A stretch of 63,654 bases of DNA, counting the filler, from Lenisia limosa (taxonomy: Eukaryota; Protista; Breviatea), in NCBI GenBank assembly GCA_001655205.1. It is 9 parts of 9 records of this genome, joined end to end, with 100 filler letters (N's around TTAATTAATTAA, not from the genome) between each part and the next. Parts side by side here need not be neighbours in the genome. Positions count along the whole stretch, not along the records: positions 22,689 to 24,354 come from LPNZ01006334.1; positions 24,455 to 33,014 come from LPNZ01005173.1; positions 33,115 to 38,681 come from LPNZ01001714.1; 6 more parts are not named here. One strand, given 5' to 3'. The notes below the pieces were generated by a model. That model saw nothing but the letters and a program-made list of their open reading frames with translations. It did not search any database and had not been told where the DNA came from. The translations under genes and the position numbers were made by a program. The first letter of the stretch is position 1. Each line of letters starts with the position of its first letter. Below, in pieces: positions 22,690 through 35,847 of the stretch.

Positions 22690-23412
22690 ATGGTTACCTT
22701 TGGCGGCCTTTCAAAGCAACCTGTCACCATCCCAACCCCGTACTTCATCTTCAAGGTGGGGTGTTAATTAAACTCTTTTTATGGGGGTGTTATTGATCTT
22801 TTTTTTTTTTGTAGCTATGATTGTTTTTCACCCCTCAGCCAAATTTTCTAATGTTTCTCACCCCTCTCCCCAGGATATTCGTCTTGCTGGTTTTTGGAAT
22901 ACCAGGGTGAACAAGGAAGAACCCAAGGAGTCAAGGTGAGGAGCTTTGCATACAATTAAATAATGGGGCAAATATGTTGTCAAAAGAAATAGTCATATTA
23001 CAGGTGAAGCAGCAAAAAAATTGCCAAATAACTGCAGATATTCCTTGTCTAAGAAATTCGGAATAACTAAGAAAACCTGAAAAACTAAGACAATTCTGAA
23101 TAACTGTCGAAGAAAATCTGAATAACTGTCTACGAAATTGCCGAATAACCAGAAATCCTTTGTGCTAATTCTGATTGTTCAGAGACAAAATGCTTGCCGA
23201 AATTGCCAACATGGTCAAAACAGGAAGCCTCAAGGTTGGGGGTGCTATTGACCCCATTCTTTGTTTGGCATATTTCAGTGAGAATAATTAAACCGACCTC
23301 CCAGGTTGACGTCACGGGTATGCCCTTCCACCACGGCGAAGCTATCAACACCATCAATGCTGCCAATGACCCCGTGAAAACCTCGAAAATCGTCTTCGAC
23401 TTTGAACTTTGA
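22690..23412 (+). CDS. MECR: Trans-2-enoyl-CoA/ACP reductase (MECR/Etr1), C-terminal 4 exons
   Basis: MVTFGGLSKQPVTIPTPYFIFK-DIRLAGFWNTRV...-DKMLAEIANMVKTGSLK-...KTSKIVFDFEL*, cf. MECR MVTYGGMAKQPV...IFKDLKLRGFW; all junctions GT-AG and in phase. Confidence 0.85.
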
Positions 23413-24519
23413 GCCCTAGATGCCCTATTTATTTATTTGTTTCCTTTTCGTATCATGTATCTTTAACTCTTTGTTGCCTACTTTCACGTGCATGCAATTG
23501 GACTGGCTTTATACTGTTCTGTATTATGAATATTATTCATGCAGTCATCAGACTAGTTATGCTCAATCATCCATCAATGTGTCAATAATTTTGCTTATGA
23601 GGTTCACATTCACGAAACACTCTCTGCACGGGACATGTTGTTGTGTGGTAATTGGTCGAGAGTTTCTTTCTTTTTCCTTTTTCCTTTTTTGTACTTTTAC
23701 CATTTTCCTCACACATTGTCATGTCAAAACAATTTGAAACACTTTAATTGACAAATTGCACAAAGACCTACTAAATAGGTCTTCCCCAGTTTTAGTTCAA
23801 GCATGCGACCTCCTCTATCTTAGAATAAACAGGTTTTTGAACGCTATTACCATGTTAGACACTCGTATAACAAAGCAAAAAATTCGATAGCACTGTAACG
23901 GAATCCAAATTGAACCCTTAGCCCCGAAATTTACCTATTTAACTCTTGATAGCAATCATTGGAGCCTCACACAGGTTCAATCAAACTGAAGAAACAAAAT
24001 GCAAAAAAAAACAAAAACGGAAAGTGCTAAACACAATTATCTAGTCCAGTATCTCCTCCTCAAGTTTACCATACCACCCAGCAATCCGAAGTATCACGGC
24101 CCGACTTGCGATATTTTCTGTCAGCAGCACTGTGACAAGCAGGATNNNNNNNNNNNNNNNNNNNNNNNNNNNNNNNNNNNNNNNNNNNNNNNNGGCTGAC
24201 CATCCAAGCCACACCGTTATAACTCTCTACATTACATCAAAATAAAAATAAAAAATAATTATAATCAAAAAATAATCCGGATATCTTAAAACAACTAGGT
24301 GACTATACATGAACGCGAACACTCCCATGAACGCGAACGCTTTTTAGAAACACCNNNNNNNNNNNNNNNNNNNNNNNNNNNNNNNNNNNNNNNNNNNNTT
24401 AATTAATTAANNNNNNNNNNNNNNNNNNNNNNNNNNNNNNNNNNNNNNNNNNNNTTTTGAAAAAAAAAAAAAAAAAAAGTGTGGAAAGTCTCATACTACA
24501 TCACAGCGGAGTAGGACAA

Positions 24520-26560
24520 ATGGGGACAGACCTTAATCTCGTGCACAGGGATGATGGGTTTAGGTTCCTCTCCTCCTTGCTGAGAAGTTAGGAATGAAAT
24601 AATGGGCATGTATACATAGTACATGTCATGATATTCCAATCAGTGATTGAAGTTGAATAGACAACATCTTTAAAATAAAGGGGGAAAGAGAATAATTATT
24701 AATACGATAAAGACCAGCATTGAGTATGGAAATAGCCCCCAATACCCCATTTGCCCAGTTCACAAGTGCAAAAGCAGAAGCAACGCTCAGGAATTTGACC
24801 TGGGTAACTTCTTCCTCGGGATCGACTGTAGTGTAAATGGACTGAACCTCATGATAACTAAAGTTATTGACCGTTTAAAAGGCAGTAGTGTTGCTGTCCT
24901 TTCTCAAGAGAGAGTACCTCAAAAGACACCTCAAGACAGCCCTCACCATCCCGTACCGTAAAGTCGAAGCCCATATTCCACCTTCACCTTTATTCATGCC
25001 AGGAAACAGTAAATTAGACGCAGCATTGAGAAGTTTCATTCGAATTGGTTTGTCCAAGTCGATTGTCAGGCCAGGGATCTAGGGTCAGGGTCACATGGAA
25101 ATCCAGAAACCTTTTTCTTATCTTGGGTTTAGTATGTTCTAATATTGTAAGATACACGGGTTAAGGTATCAAACCCTCTACTCATCGTTGTAATATAAAC
25201 AATAAGCATAGGCTTCATTTCCAAAACCAAAATAAATCAAGCCCTTCCCATTGATCCAAAATTCAATTAAACCAGGTGACCGTACCGTAAAAAGGCTTTC
25301 GTTGAAGATATCATTAGTAATCATCTCTACAATGTCAGGTACAGGGTCGGTTCAATTTCACAATAACGCTGTAGCAACAAAGGAAACACTAGTGAATTAG
25401 TATTGAGTTTGAAATATCTTTTTAGACTAATATCCCACACGAAATGAAATTTCGTGGAACTCTGCACCTCTTTTCAGACCACTTTCCACTCTCCCCTGCC
25501 CACCTGGAATGCGGAATACCACCCCATTCGCCAAGATTTCTTGAACATGGATCACATCTTCTATTGCACCTGAAGTATGAGTATAACTTCGAAAATATGG
25601 AATAAAATGATACTGCGGAAAGGAAGGCTAAATGATACTGCGGAAAGGAAGGCCTAATTGGAGTAAAAATGTTAGTATTTATGTTTGAGCAAAGAGTGCT
25701 CAAGCAACTACATTAATGAACAACGTATGATAAAACTTCCACGCTTCCCACCAAGCCAGCCTGCATAGTAGATTGTACTGTCGGACATGATGGTGTTGGT
25801 GTGCAGCTCCTCTAAAAAAAATGTCAAGTTGAGAATACTGTCATCAATACTTCCAATATCACAGGTTGTTGTTAAGCTGCAAACCGTTGAAGCAAGAACA
25901 AGATTGCTATATTCATATTAGATAACAAAGGGGCTCCTATATGGTTCTAATCATAAGACATACATATCTCTCTTCTTCCTGCATCCCACCTTGAGGCAAA
26001 TCAACAAGCCCGCGACCGTCTTTGGGGTCACATCTTAGAGACTTGTGGACCTAATATCGTAAATGATGCGTCATGCCTAATGAGGCGGTTTATTTTTTTA
26101 AAAAAAAGTCAAATCATACTTTACTAATTNNNNNNNNNNNNNNNNNNNNNNNNNNNNNNNNNNNNNNNNNNNNNNNNNNNNNNNNNNNNNNNNNNNNNNN
26201 NNNNNNNNNNNNNNNNNNNNNNNNNNNNNNNNNNNNNNNNNNNNNGGCTAATGACCCTGTATTGTTAATTACACTCAAGCAACCCAATTCTTGTTTCTAC
26301 AATCTTCACAGGTTTTGCTGTGACCACTTTAATGTTGTGAGAATAGTCAATTAAGGAAAATGTGACTACTTTGCAGAAGAAAGATGGAGGATCAACCAAA
26401 AGAAATCGCAGCAGAAAGAAAAATAAGGCGTCAAAATGATATATTTGACGATTGCCTGAAAACGTGACACTCAGTACTGAAGGCCCCAGGCCCACTTTTG
26501 GACCACAACCAGGTCAGTGATAGCCGCCTTTCGCTTCTCCCAAGTTCTGGATTTAGGACA
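24520..26560 (-). CDS. Hypothetical multi-exon gene
   Basis: Exon-like blocks VHKSLRCDPKDGRGLVDLPQ, EELHTNTIMSDSTIYYAGWL, GAIEDVIHVQEILANGVVFRIP, IPGLTIDLDKPIRMKLLNAASNLLFPG, QGGEEPKPIIPVHEIK; phases unresolved. Confidence 0.3.
25605..25654 (+). repeat. 25-bp tandem duplication
   Basis: AAATGATACTGCGGAAAGGAAGGC twice. Confidence 0.9.
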
Positions 26561-27286
26561 CCAGTGGATTAGTCCCGCCATTCCATATGGGAGCTGGGGG
26601 GGGGGGGNNNNNNNNNNNNNNNNNNNNNNNNNNNNNNNNNNNNNNNNNNNNNNNNNNNNNNNNNNNNNNNNNNNNNNNNNNNNNNNNNNNNNNNNNNGAC
26701 AAGTAAAAGCATAGCATACGGCTTGAAAGCAAACAAACACAGCCAATTATTTGAACATTAATCACACCTCACATCCGCCTCACCTCATCTTCTTCAACAT
26801 CTTCATCCTCGTCATTATTGATATCAAGCACACACGCCAATCCGTAGTACGCAATCCAAACAACATCTCCAATACAGAGCTCAGCAACAAGCTGAAGGAA
26901 TCAGGAAGGCAATGTGCTAATTTATTCAAGTGAAAGTAATGCAAATTTATATTGAGTTCGATACCTGCCGTCATATACCGCCTTGGTCATATATTCACAC
27001 ACCATCACTTTCGTGGAAGACTGAAAAAAAAGCAAGTCTCAATATTCTACATCTCCCCAGCCAACAACATACATTTCTTCCGCCTCTTAGCAGCGATTGG
27101 GGGGCTTGAGGGTAAACTGCAGGGTCACTTACCCCCATTCTGAACCGTTTTCCTGTGTTTTTTTATAGCAAACTAGCAAACTACAATCTCTCTCGATGTT
27201 CTCCCGCCACCAATCGTCTCTCGTAGGTCTTTCTTGGGTCTTTCGCGCAAAAATATAAATAAATTTTATTTGGTATAAACCTGGGG

Positions 27287-27846
27287 ATGCCACTCGTTTC
27301 GTTGCTTTATTGGCTGAACCGCTCAAACGAACACCTCTTTTTCGAAATGAGTGGACACTCTATTCTATTTAATCCTTCACGGTCACAATTGTTCGGACTT
27401 TGTGTGGCTTGCGGTGTTCTCATGTACATGAACCACAAGGTAGGCTTCTCCACAAGCCTTCTATCCATTCCATTACCGTAACTAGGGATTATAACGCAAT
27501 TTAGCTTGATAAACAGAAGGAGCAGCTTCTCACGATGGAGGAGCTTGATGAACAAAAATGGGTTCAAGGTAAGCAAGCCATCATTGTTAAAATATTCATC
27601 TCAGGAAATATTTTTCTCGTTTGTTATCTACAAAATGTAATTCTTGGTCTTGAATCCCTTATTTTACGTCATATTGGTTGAATATTTACACTTATTTATT
27701 AATAGCTCAGTTTTGCACCCTAACATCCATCAATCATTTCTGGTCTGATAAGATGTAGAGCGCCAACGTCTTGCTGAGTTACGTAAGGGAAACTCTGAAC
27801 TTGACGCCCAATTCAAGGGACTTGAGAAGCAACATCAAAACTCATG
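27287..27846 (+). CDS. Small hypothetical membrane/coiled-coil protein
   Basis: ...FGLCVACGVLMYMNHK-LDKQKEQLLTMEELDEQKWVQ-ERQRLAELRKGNSELDAQFKGLEKQHQNS*, GT-AG and in phase; start uncertain. Confidence 0.4.
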
Positions 27847-28337
27847 ATTCAATGATGTGTCTCAATCCCCTTCAGTACCACTGCGTACAGGGTATAAGTT
27901 AGGATTTTTTGTTTTAGGTATGATGAAAGTAGATGTTGTTTTGAAGAGGTTTCCCTGGCTTTCCTGAAAAGTGAATTAAAGAGTTTGACATAATCTGGTA
28001 CTTGTGCATCATTTTTGAATTTAGATGTGTTGTTTTGAGGTTATTTTTGTCATTTCACACCCACAATTAACATATTCACATTGAGTTCATTTGCTGCCAT
28101 TTCACACACATATAGCCCCTTGTTTTGGGTATAACATGTTTCATCTAAAATAAATAGGGTGTCAAAATAACATATAAAAAAAAAAAATACCAAACTAAAT
28201 TTTCTGATTCTGTGAAATCACCTCTGCTTCCTTGGGAGTGATCACGTCAAATTGGTGTTCCTGTTTCAATTAGGATGAGAAAGAAGCAAAGTAAGTTTTA
28301 AAGCTGGGTGCATCCTGCTTTCAAGCACCCTCAACCA

Positions 28338-29350
28338 TCAACGACAGGAATATTTTTTCTATCGTGTTAGAGTTTTATAGTGTTACAGTAAGTCAGATTG
28401 ATTTCCAACTCAAAATTCCTCCCACAGCATAATCCTTGGGTGTTGCAGATAGCCTGGCTCTTAGATCTTCAAGATCCTGTTCGTCGTATTCACTGTCACT
28501 TCCTATGCCCAGTGCGGCTCGGTTTTTCTTGTCTTCTTGCTCCTTCTTCCACTCCGAGAGGACATAATCGTACTATAAGATCAGGAATAGTGCAACCTTG
28601 ACCTGCGACTACAGAGATAGCTTTCTTAAATACAGAGAAAAAGCGGCATTTCTTGCAGTCATGAGAAGCATGGAGACTGGACTCAAAAAGATCGCCATTT
28701 ATTCCTCCAGCTTCTTCATACCTTTGAGTCATTGAGGCCGAAAACTCCAGCCACTTTCTCCCCACAATAGTCCAAAACTGAAATATTACTATATTAGCAG
28801 TCGAATTCAAAATTTAGATATGTCGAAAGTGAGAAAATGTAAAATAGGTTCTTCCAAAGCATCCATCAGTCCACCTCCGTATTTATGCTCTGAATAAACG
28901 GAGTTTTTAGGCATTTGATTGGTGGAAGTAATATACACAAGATAGGGGATGGCTTCGCCAGATACTTCAGTTTTATTTTCTACTTCATATTCAAATTCAC
29001 CCCATCAATAGTAATAGAAAGTAGAATATTAGAAAACAATCCATACGTACCTTTCAATACGCCAAATCCAAATGAACGGATTTTCCTTAAAGGAGTGGAC
29101 AAACTTTTCTCGTATTTAGCATCCTGAAGGATGTAAGAAAATAAAACGGAACACAGGAAGGTGACAATGTGGAAACACATCGAAAATCAATATAACTGTC
29201 CATTTCATATTATATCATACATTAGAAAATGTCGAGTCAAAGCAAAATAGAACCGTCATTAGTGTTTCAGATGACCAACAGACCTCTTCGATTTGGTCAA
29301 GAATAGCCTGGTGCTTCTCAACTGGGTCTTTGATGTGATGGAACTAAGGT
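28338..29350 (-). CDS. FAM177: FAM177-family protein (5' end unresolved)
   Basis: Spliced: RKIRSFGFGVLK-VLDYCGEKVAGVFGLNDSK-YDYVLSEWKKEQEDKK, cf. recalled FAM177A1 LSVCDFLGEKIASVLGISTPKYQYAIDEYYRMKKEE. Confidence 0.7.
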
Positions 29351-30287
29351 ATTAGTGTTTTCCTGACCGAAAAGAGTAAGGGGAAAACAGGATACTTAGT
29401 TGGAAAACGATTAAATTCACCATCACGCCCCTCCCTTATAGTCATCCCACCAAAATCTCATCCACCCCCCCNNNNNNNNNNNNNNNNNNNNNNNNNNNNN
29501 NNNNNNNNNNNNNNNNNNNNNNNNNNNNNNNNNNNNNNNNNNTAGGTGCGCTGTGAGCTGGGCTGAAGATAGGTGGATAAGATGAGTCGTAACAGATATC
29601 AGTATTGGCAGGGTTCAAGATGAAGGTTTCAAAACATAAAACTAAAAAAAAAGGCGAAGGAGGTAAGCAATAACCATTATTGTGAAATGATATGTTCAAA
29701 GTAAAATGAAGGAATCTGAAACACACTCAAAAAAAAGGAGTTTTGAGAGATAACAACTGAAATGAGTTGACCGAAAGAGGGTTATCTTCACCTCACCTTC
29801 CCGTTGGACTGCCGGGAACTGCGAAGTGATATCTTTGTCCATTTTAGAGGGTCAAAGGACCAGCTGTAGAGGCAAGCCCAGGTTTGGAGATAAGATTGAG
29901 CGTATTCTTTTTCGCTCAAACAGAGGTAATGGTGGTAACTGTGGCGGGGAGGGCAGGGGAGGGAAGGAAAAAGAAAAAGGCAACAGGGTGCCCGGGTATT
30001 TAAAAATTTCCGCGCACCCTGTACCCTAAGGGGCTCCGAGCCGACGCTTCTTGCGTGCTTGCGGTACGGAGAGCGTGTGTCACATCATCAAGGGGAGATT
30101 TTGGGGGGTCCAGAGTGGATTGCGCGCGCATGAAATGCATGCACAATCGGAGACTGTGTTGTTTCTAGGGTGAACATACCCCCAGATTATTTGATGCATC
30201 AAAGTTAAAAGTTCAAAGTTCAAAGCTGCGCAGCGGCAATCACTCAGAAATCAAGAAAGTAATAAGCCGGGCATTGGTCTGGCTCAA

Positions 30288-32840
30288 ATGAGTTCACTCT
30301 TTGCGTCCCTCTTGTCCTCCCAGCCACCGGAAACAGACAATGACACAATATATGAGGGCTTCAGCAATGACCTGTAAGTATCTATCATGTTTTTAATTTT
30401 TTGCTCCATTTTCTCATCTACTTATATTATCAATCAACAGATATTGGTATTGTGTATGTTGTTCTGAGTGTCTATGAGTGCAAATAATATGATGTTATCA
30501 CCTTAAAACAAATATAGTCTTGTAATTCCCCTTTTAATCAATTATTCCCTTCAGGGACCTTGGACGCGTACTTGCCTCAAACAACATTGTAGATCACCTC
30601 ATGCAATCTGGAGAAGTGGGAGGGGGGGGGGGCTTCTNNNNNNNNNNNNNNNNNNNNNNNNNNNNNNNNNNNNNNNNNNNNNNNNNNNNNNNNNNNNNNN
30701 NNNNNNNNNNNNNNNNNNNNNNNNNNNNNNNNNNNNNNCCCACCCCAGGAATTCGATGAAACACTGGAGAAAGCCACAAACGCAGCTCTCAACATCTCTG
30801 AATCCAGGCATAACTACTTTGTCAACTCCTTGTGCGCCTCAGAGGTTTGGAGGAAACTATGGTGGAACGATGCCGCCACTTTAGGACTGAATAGTTTCAC
30901 AATGCTCCATGTTACGTTTCACCATCAAGGAGTCGTTTGCATACTCTGTCAATAAAAACCCACAAGGACCCCTATTCAATGCTACTGTCAACTCTATCGG
31001 CTCGTCCGCAGAAACGATGAAGTAGGAAGGTGATTGACAATAAAACGTGAAGTACAAACAATGCACACAATCTTTCTACTATCTCGAGACGATTTGATTT
31101 GGTCTTGGCCACCTTTTCTCTGGGTTCTGTGGGTTCTGACAAGTCAGTTCCACAGAAATGAGCGCGAACGCCATTATTGCGCGCGAGGCAGCCCTCCTGA
31201 AACTGGCCAAAAGAGATGCAGACGACTTTGCCGAGTACACAGTCGCCAAAATGAAGACTAAGGTGGGGATGATCAAAATGAAAATACTCACAATGTCATA
31301 TGATAGATATCGATAAATTGTTTGAGCACTGCTGTTTTTGTTTTGCAAAAACTTTGAAAAATATAAACTGGTGGTTCTGCTTCTCTGCTTCAATGTGTCA
31401 TATTTTAGGATGGTGAAGATGAGTGTTTGAAGTTCTTACAATGGAGCGTGTTCATATCTTCATTCAACCTGATGGCAAGAGGTATATCATTTTGGAGGTA
31501 AAGAAATATTAGGATCATATTTTCATCCATGAGTAATTATCATTGGTATTCAACTTAGGGATTCACACCAGCACCAACAATACTGAAATGATAGATGCGT
31601 ATTGCCATCAATTTCACCATTCAGAGAGTGTGTTGCGGTTTGCCCCTGCAGCAGAGTCATCTTCGCACACTCAAACAGCAATATCCGTCCTCAACCCCGG
31701 AGGTGCGCTATGATGAAGCATTATGTTCATAAGAGCCATCCAAACATTATGGAGTTTTGTACCCTTCTAATAGTAGTCGATACTGATTCAACTTGATAAT
31801 AAACGTACTCCATAAAGCTTGCAGTTTTTTTCTGAGATCTTTAATAAAAAACAGTTTTCATATCTTATACTTTTTACATGTATTTTATTTTTAAAGAAGT
31901 AAGTATGCTGTCTCATTTACTAGGATACAAGGTGCAAACACTCTTGCAAGTCACCCCCAAAACAATCAAGTCGCAGAAGGCTGAGTATGTCCCGAGTATA
32001 ATTTGCTATCATATGCTGTTTTTGTTTTCTTTATCATTCAACTCCAAGCGTTTCAACAGAGGTACACTCGGAATTGATTGCTTTAGCACATCCTCCTTTG
32101 TAGACCCCTTTGCATAATCACCACATATATGACCTCTTTTGTAGCATTCGAAGGGGTTCAACCAAATCCGCTGCGACCTCGAAAACTATCCCGTCCGATC
32201 TTCTGCCCTTCCTTATCAAGGCAACTAACACTGGAGGTGGGGGGGTATTCCTTCCGTAGGGTCCGAAGGGATATCTATAGTTTTTGATATTCGGAATTGC
32301 TCCTTTTTTGTAACCTATTTAATATCAAATTATTATGGTGGGATATTAGATTCTACTGATTTTGTTTTTCACCGCTCCCTCATCATTCCATTAGAGTTTT
32401 CCAAAACTGCTCTGCCGGCTTCCACCACACCTTTGCCCGCTTCGACTCTTTCTGTGGTTGGCATGAGTCTAGTCATATTCGAAAATTTGCTTGTATTTAT
32501 TTTGTTGGTGTATATCACTCTAACTCTGATCAAGTCTTACCTTGTTAGGGGCAACCGGGTACCGAAGAGGTCCCGGTGATTGCAATGGTGTCCGGGCCTT
32601 TATCTGTCGGAATGAAAGTGCAGAAGTTCAGCCGCGATGGCGGCATTGTGACTTCCGACCGCGACGGACATAAAGGTGGGTTTAGAAATGGAGTTCATTT
32701 TGGATACTTTTCTTTTAGTACAGAAAGATACTGGTCATGTATTTTGATGAAACAATACTATCTAGTTTTTACCTTACAGTTGAAGGCTTCGAAAGCACAG
32801 TGGCTGACTTATTTGCATTTCTCCATCACCATAATGTGGG
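30288..32840 (+). CDS. Hypothetical multi-exon gene (>=11 exons, truncated by linker)
   Basis: MSSLFASLLSSQPPETDNDTIYEGFSNDL, EFDETLEKATNAALNISESRHNYF, SANAIIAREAALLKLAKRDADDFAEYT, GQPGTEEVPVIAMVSGPLSVGMKVQKFSRDGG; GT-AG exons; family not recognised. Confidence 0.5.
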
Positions 32841-32864
32841 GGGACTGGTACCAGAGAGATTGTA

Positions 32865-32990
32865 CTGATGAATAGTGAGTGACATGTAAGAACTGATGAA
32901 TGGTAAATAGTGACATGGTAAATAGTGACATGTTAAGCACTGGTAAATAGTGACATGTTAAGCACTGGTGAATAGTGACATGAATAGAAC
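32865..32990 (+). repeat. Degenerate ~25-bp tandem repeat
   Basis: GGTAAATAGTGACATGTTAAGCACT units. Confidence 0.8.
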
Positions 32991-33257
32991 CGGTACAAAG
33001 CTGAGAGAATAATTNNNNNNNNNNNNNNNNNNNNNNNNNNNNNNNNNNNNNNNNNNNNTTAATTAATTAANNNNNNNNNNNNNNNNNNNNNNNNNNNNNN
33101 NNNNNNNNNNNNNNGATATAGTATAATAAAACATTATGAAATATATACACATAATATATCGATATCTATATATGTGTGTAGAAATTGAAAATCATATGAT
33201 ATTATGATAATATATAATATTGTAGTATTGTATTATGTGCATTAGTTTACGTTTCAG

Positions 33258-35281
33258 GCTCTTTCGGCCGGACGTTAAGATACCATGCCGGAACCATCGC
33301 GTTCGGATCCCTCATCATCGCCATTGTGCAGTGGCTGCGTGCGTTCATCCAGTTTATTAGGAGTGGGGGGTATTTTATTTATTTATATTTATTAATTTAC
33401 TTTGGGGCTACTTTTTGGATGAGGCGAATTATCTGTCCAAAATACCAGCCACAAGAAATCTTAGCCTAAATCGACTAGTGCTGCGACTTTCGAGAGAAAT
33501 GATGAACAAAGACCACTAATCATTGAGACTGACAATCATCTCATGTCACTCGTGAAAAATAATTGTTCACTTTTGTGAAAATAATCCAAAAACTGTTATT
33601 ATTCTGATGAAGTAATTCACCGCCTAGGACAAGTGGAGGGTGCACAGAACGAATGCATGCAGTTCGTGTTCAAATGCCTCAATTGCCTCTTCAAATGCGT
33701 GGAACGGTTCTTGAAGGTGGGCCAGTTTTTGCTTCAACATGAAAGGCAAATGATTGGGTGAATTTATGTTATCCTTTTCTCATATGATATGATATTTCAT
33801 ATCTTTTTTTCTCGAATAATCCTCCATTCGGACCGAAAGAACCCAAAGTCTTACGTAATCAGTTTGTGACGCGCGTTGCCTATATTGAGGCGTCAATTAG
33901 TGGCAAGTCCTTCTGCAAGTCCGCCCGGCGCGCGTTTGAGGTTATGGTCCAGAACGTCTTGAGAATGGCTGCCGTCAACGTTATTAGTGGGGGGTTGGAT
34001 GTCGTTATTAGTGGGGCTCACTTTGGTTCGAATAATGACTGAATTACTCGATAAATCCACGATCAACATTTTACCAGAAGCTCCAATAATTTGTGATTAG
34101 TGGAGAGGGGGATTGTATGATCATTATATTCGGGGTGGATACATAGTTGAAATTTAACATTTTATTTCCCAACGTCTTGTCGTGTTACCTCGGGTCAGCC
34201 TTTAGTTTTGTTACAGCAAAGTCTGACGATCTAGGTGAATTTCTAATCTTCCTTGGCAAACTGTTCATCGCCATTTGCGTCGGTATCATGTCCATTTACC
34301 TCTGCAAGGTATGTTGGCTATTTCTGTCTTTATATTTCAAAAAGACCGGTAAACTAGCGATAATCATCAAGGATTTATCGGGGGAAAAAACAAAGTCTTT
34401 TTTGGGACCGTAGAGATGCCCAACATTACAGAGTTTTTGTTTAGTCAACAGTCACATACATACTCATTAGCTCTACATACTCATTAGCTCTATACACAAA
34501 GAAAATCGGTCAAGAATTATCCCGGTCACTGTCTTTTATACCACAATACCCCTAATTGCTTATACTTCTATCATATGATGTGTGCCTTGTCCAAATACCC
34601 GTATATCTGGTTTACCCCGATATAGGAGATGGATGACCCTGCGCTCAACTACTACGCCATTCCTGTCATTATTTGCGTGGTTTTCGCGTACTATTTGGCG
34701 AGGTTTGTGGCGTGTACAAATGTCCTGTATCGTATTTTTTTCAAGGAAATTCGGTCAAGACTTATACTTTAACAAGAAACAATGCGAGGTTACAATTAAG
34801 CAAACCCTGACCCTCTAGTGTATTCATGGAAATCTACGNNNNNNNNNNNNNNNNNNNNNNNNNNNNNNNNNNNNNNNNNNNNNNNNNNNNNNNNNNNNNN
34901 NNNNNNNNNNNNNNNNNNNNNNNNNNNNNNNNNNNNNNNNNNNNNNNNNNNNNNNNNNNNNNNNNNNNNNNNNNNNNNNNNNNNNNNNNNNNNNNNNNNN
35001 NNNNNNNNNNNNNNNNNNNNNNNNNNNNNNNNNNNNNNNNNNNNNNNNNNNNNNTGTTTTGTCTATTAATTCACAAAATATGAACGATAACTATAATAAT
35101 AATAGTCATAATTATTAACTTGCCCCCTCCAGCCAATCCCGAGTACGTTCCCTACATGAGCGATGATCTGAAGGAATTTGTTGACGAATCGCAAAGACGC
35201 TCCAACCGCGTGGCCCCTGTGGCTGCCTCTCATAACCCTGACGACCCCAATAATCGCCAACTCAAATCGGTGGAAAACTAG
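33258..35281 (+). CDS. SLC44A: Choline transporter-like (CTL/SLC44) protein, C-terminal half
   Basis: SFGRTLRYHAGTIAFGSLIIAIVQWLR, KCLNCLFKCVERFLKFVTRVAYIEASISGKSFCKSARRAF, FLIFLGKLFI, NYYAIPVII, PYMSDDLKEF; hallmark CTL motifs; GT-AG and in phase. Confidence 0.9.
34013..34075 (+). mobile_element. MITE family A, left part (inside CTL intron)
   Basis: GGGGCTCACTTTGGTTCGAATAATGACTGAATTACTCGATAAATCC. Confidence 0.6.
34337..34413 (+). mobile_element. MITE family B copy (inside CTL intron)
   Basis: CAAAAAGACCGGTAAAC...GGATTTATCG...GTCTTTTTTGGGACCGTAG. Confidence 0.65.
34501..34531 (+). mobile_element. MITE family C, right end (another partial copy about 34740-34770)
   Basis: TCGGTCAAGAATTATCCCGGTCACTG. 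Confidence 0.6.
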
Positions 35282-35804
35282 GGTTTTTTGGTCTCACGAA
35301 TCGTTTTTTATGTTCAGTTTTGTCTCGTTTTTTTGATTATTATGTGGAAGGTGTACTATGAAGTTTATATTGGCTTTGGAATTTGGAACTGCGAATCGAT
35401 GTGTTTTTGATATGAAAATGTGTACTGGTCGTTTATCTGCCTGGAAACCCCAAGATGAAACAATGTTGAAAAATTAAATATTAAGAACAAAGAAAAAAAT
35501 GACGCTATGACAGAATGAATCTCAGGAGCTACTTTTTCGCCGCCTACTCAGTAAAAAAGGGGGAGATTAGGCCCATTCGACTCTGTGGAATTAATGTCAC
35601 AGTTGAAGTTTTATGATAAAATCAAAACTGCCTAAGCTTTTGTCTACAGGAGCCTGAAGCTTACCTAACCATGCACACCAACTACACCCACCCCCAATGA
35701 AAACCCGCCTCATTGTCGGCCATTAATTGTCAAGGTCCACACTCAAGCCTGATAATTAGGACCACCCAGCCTTCTCATCAGAAATCTCCGCTCGCCACCA
35801 GCAT

Positions 35805-35847
35805 TTTCCGAGAAATTCAGTCTTTTTTCGAACCGAAGTGAAGCCCT
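35805..35847 (+). mobile_element. MITE family A, right end
   Basis: GAGAAATTCAGTCTTTTTTCGAACCGAAGTGAAGCCCT|A. Confidence 0.7.
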
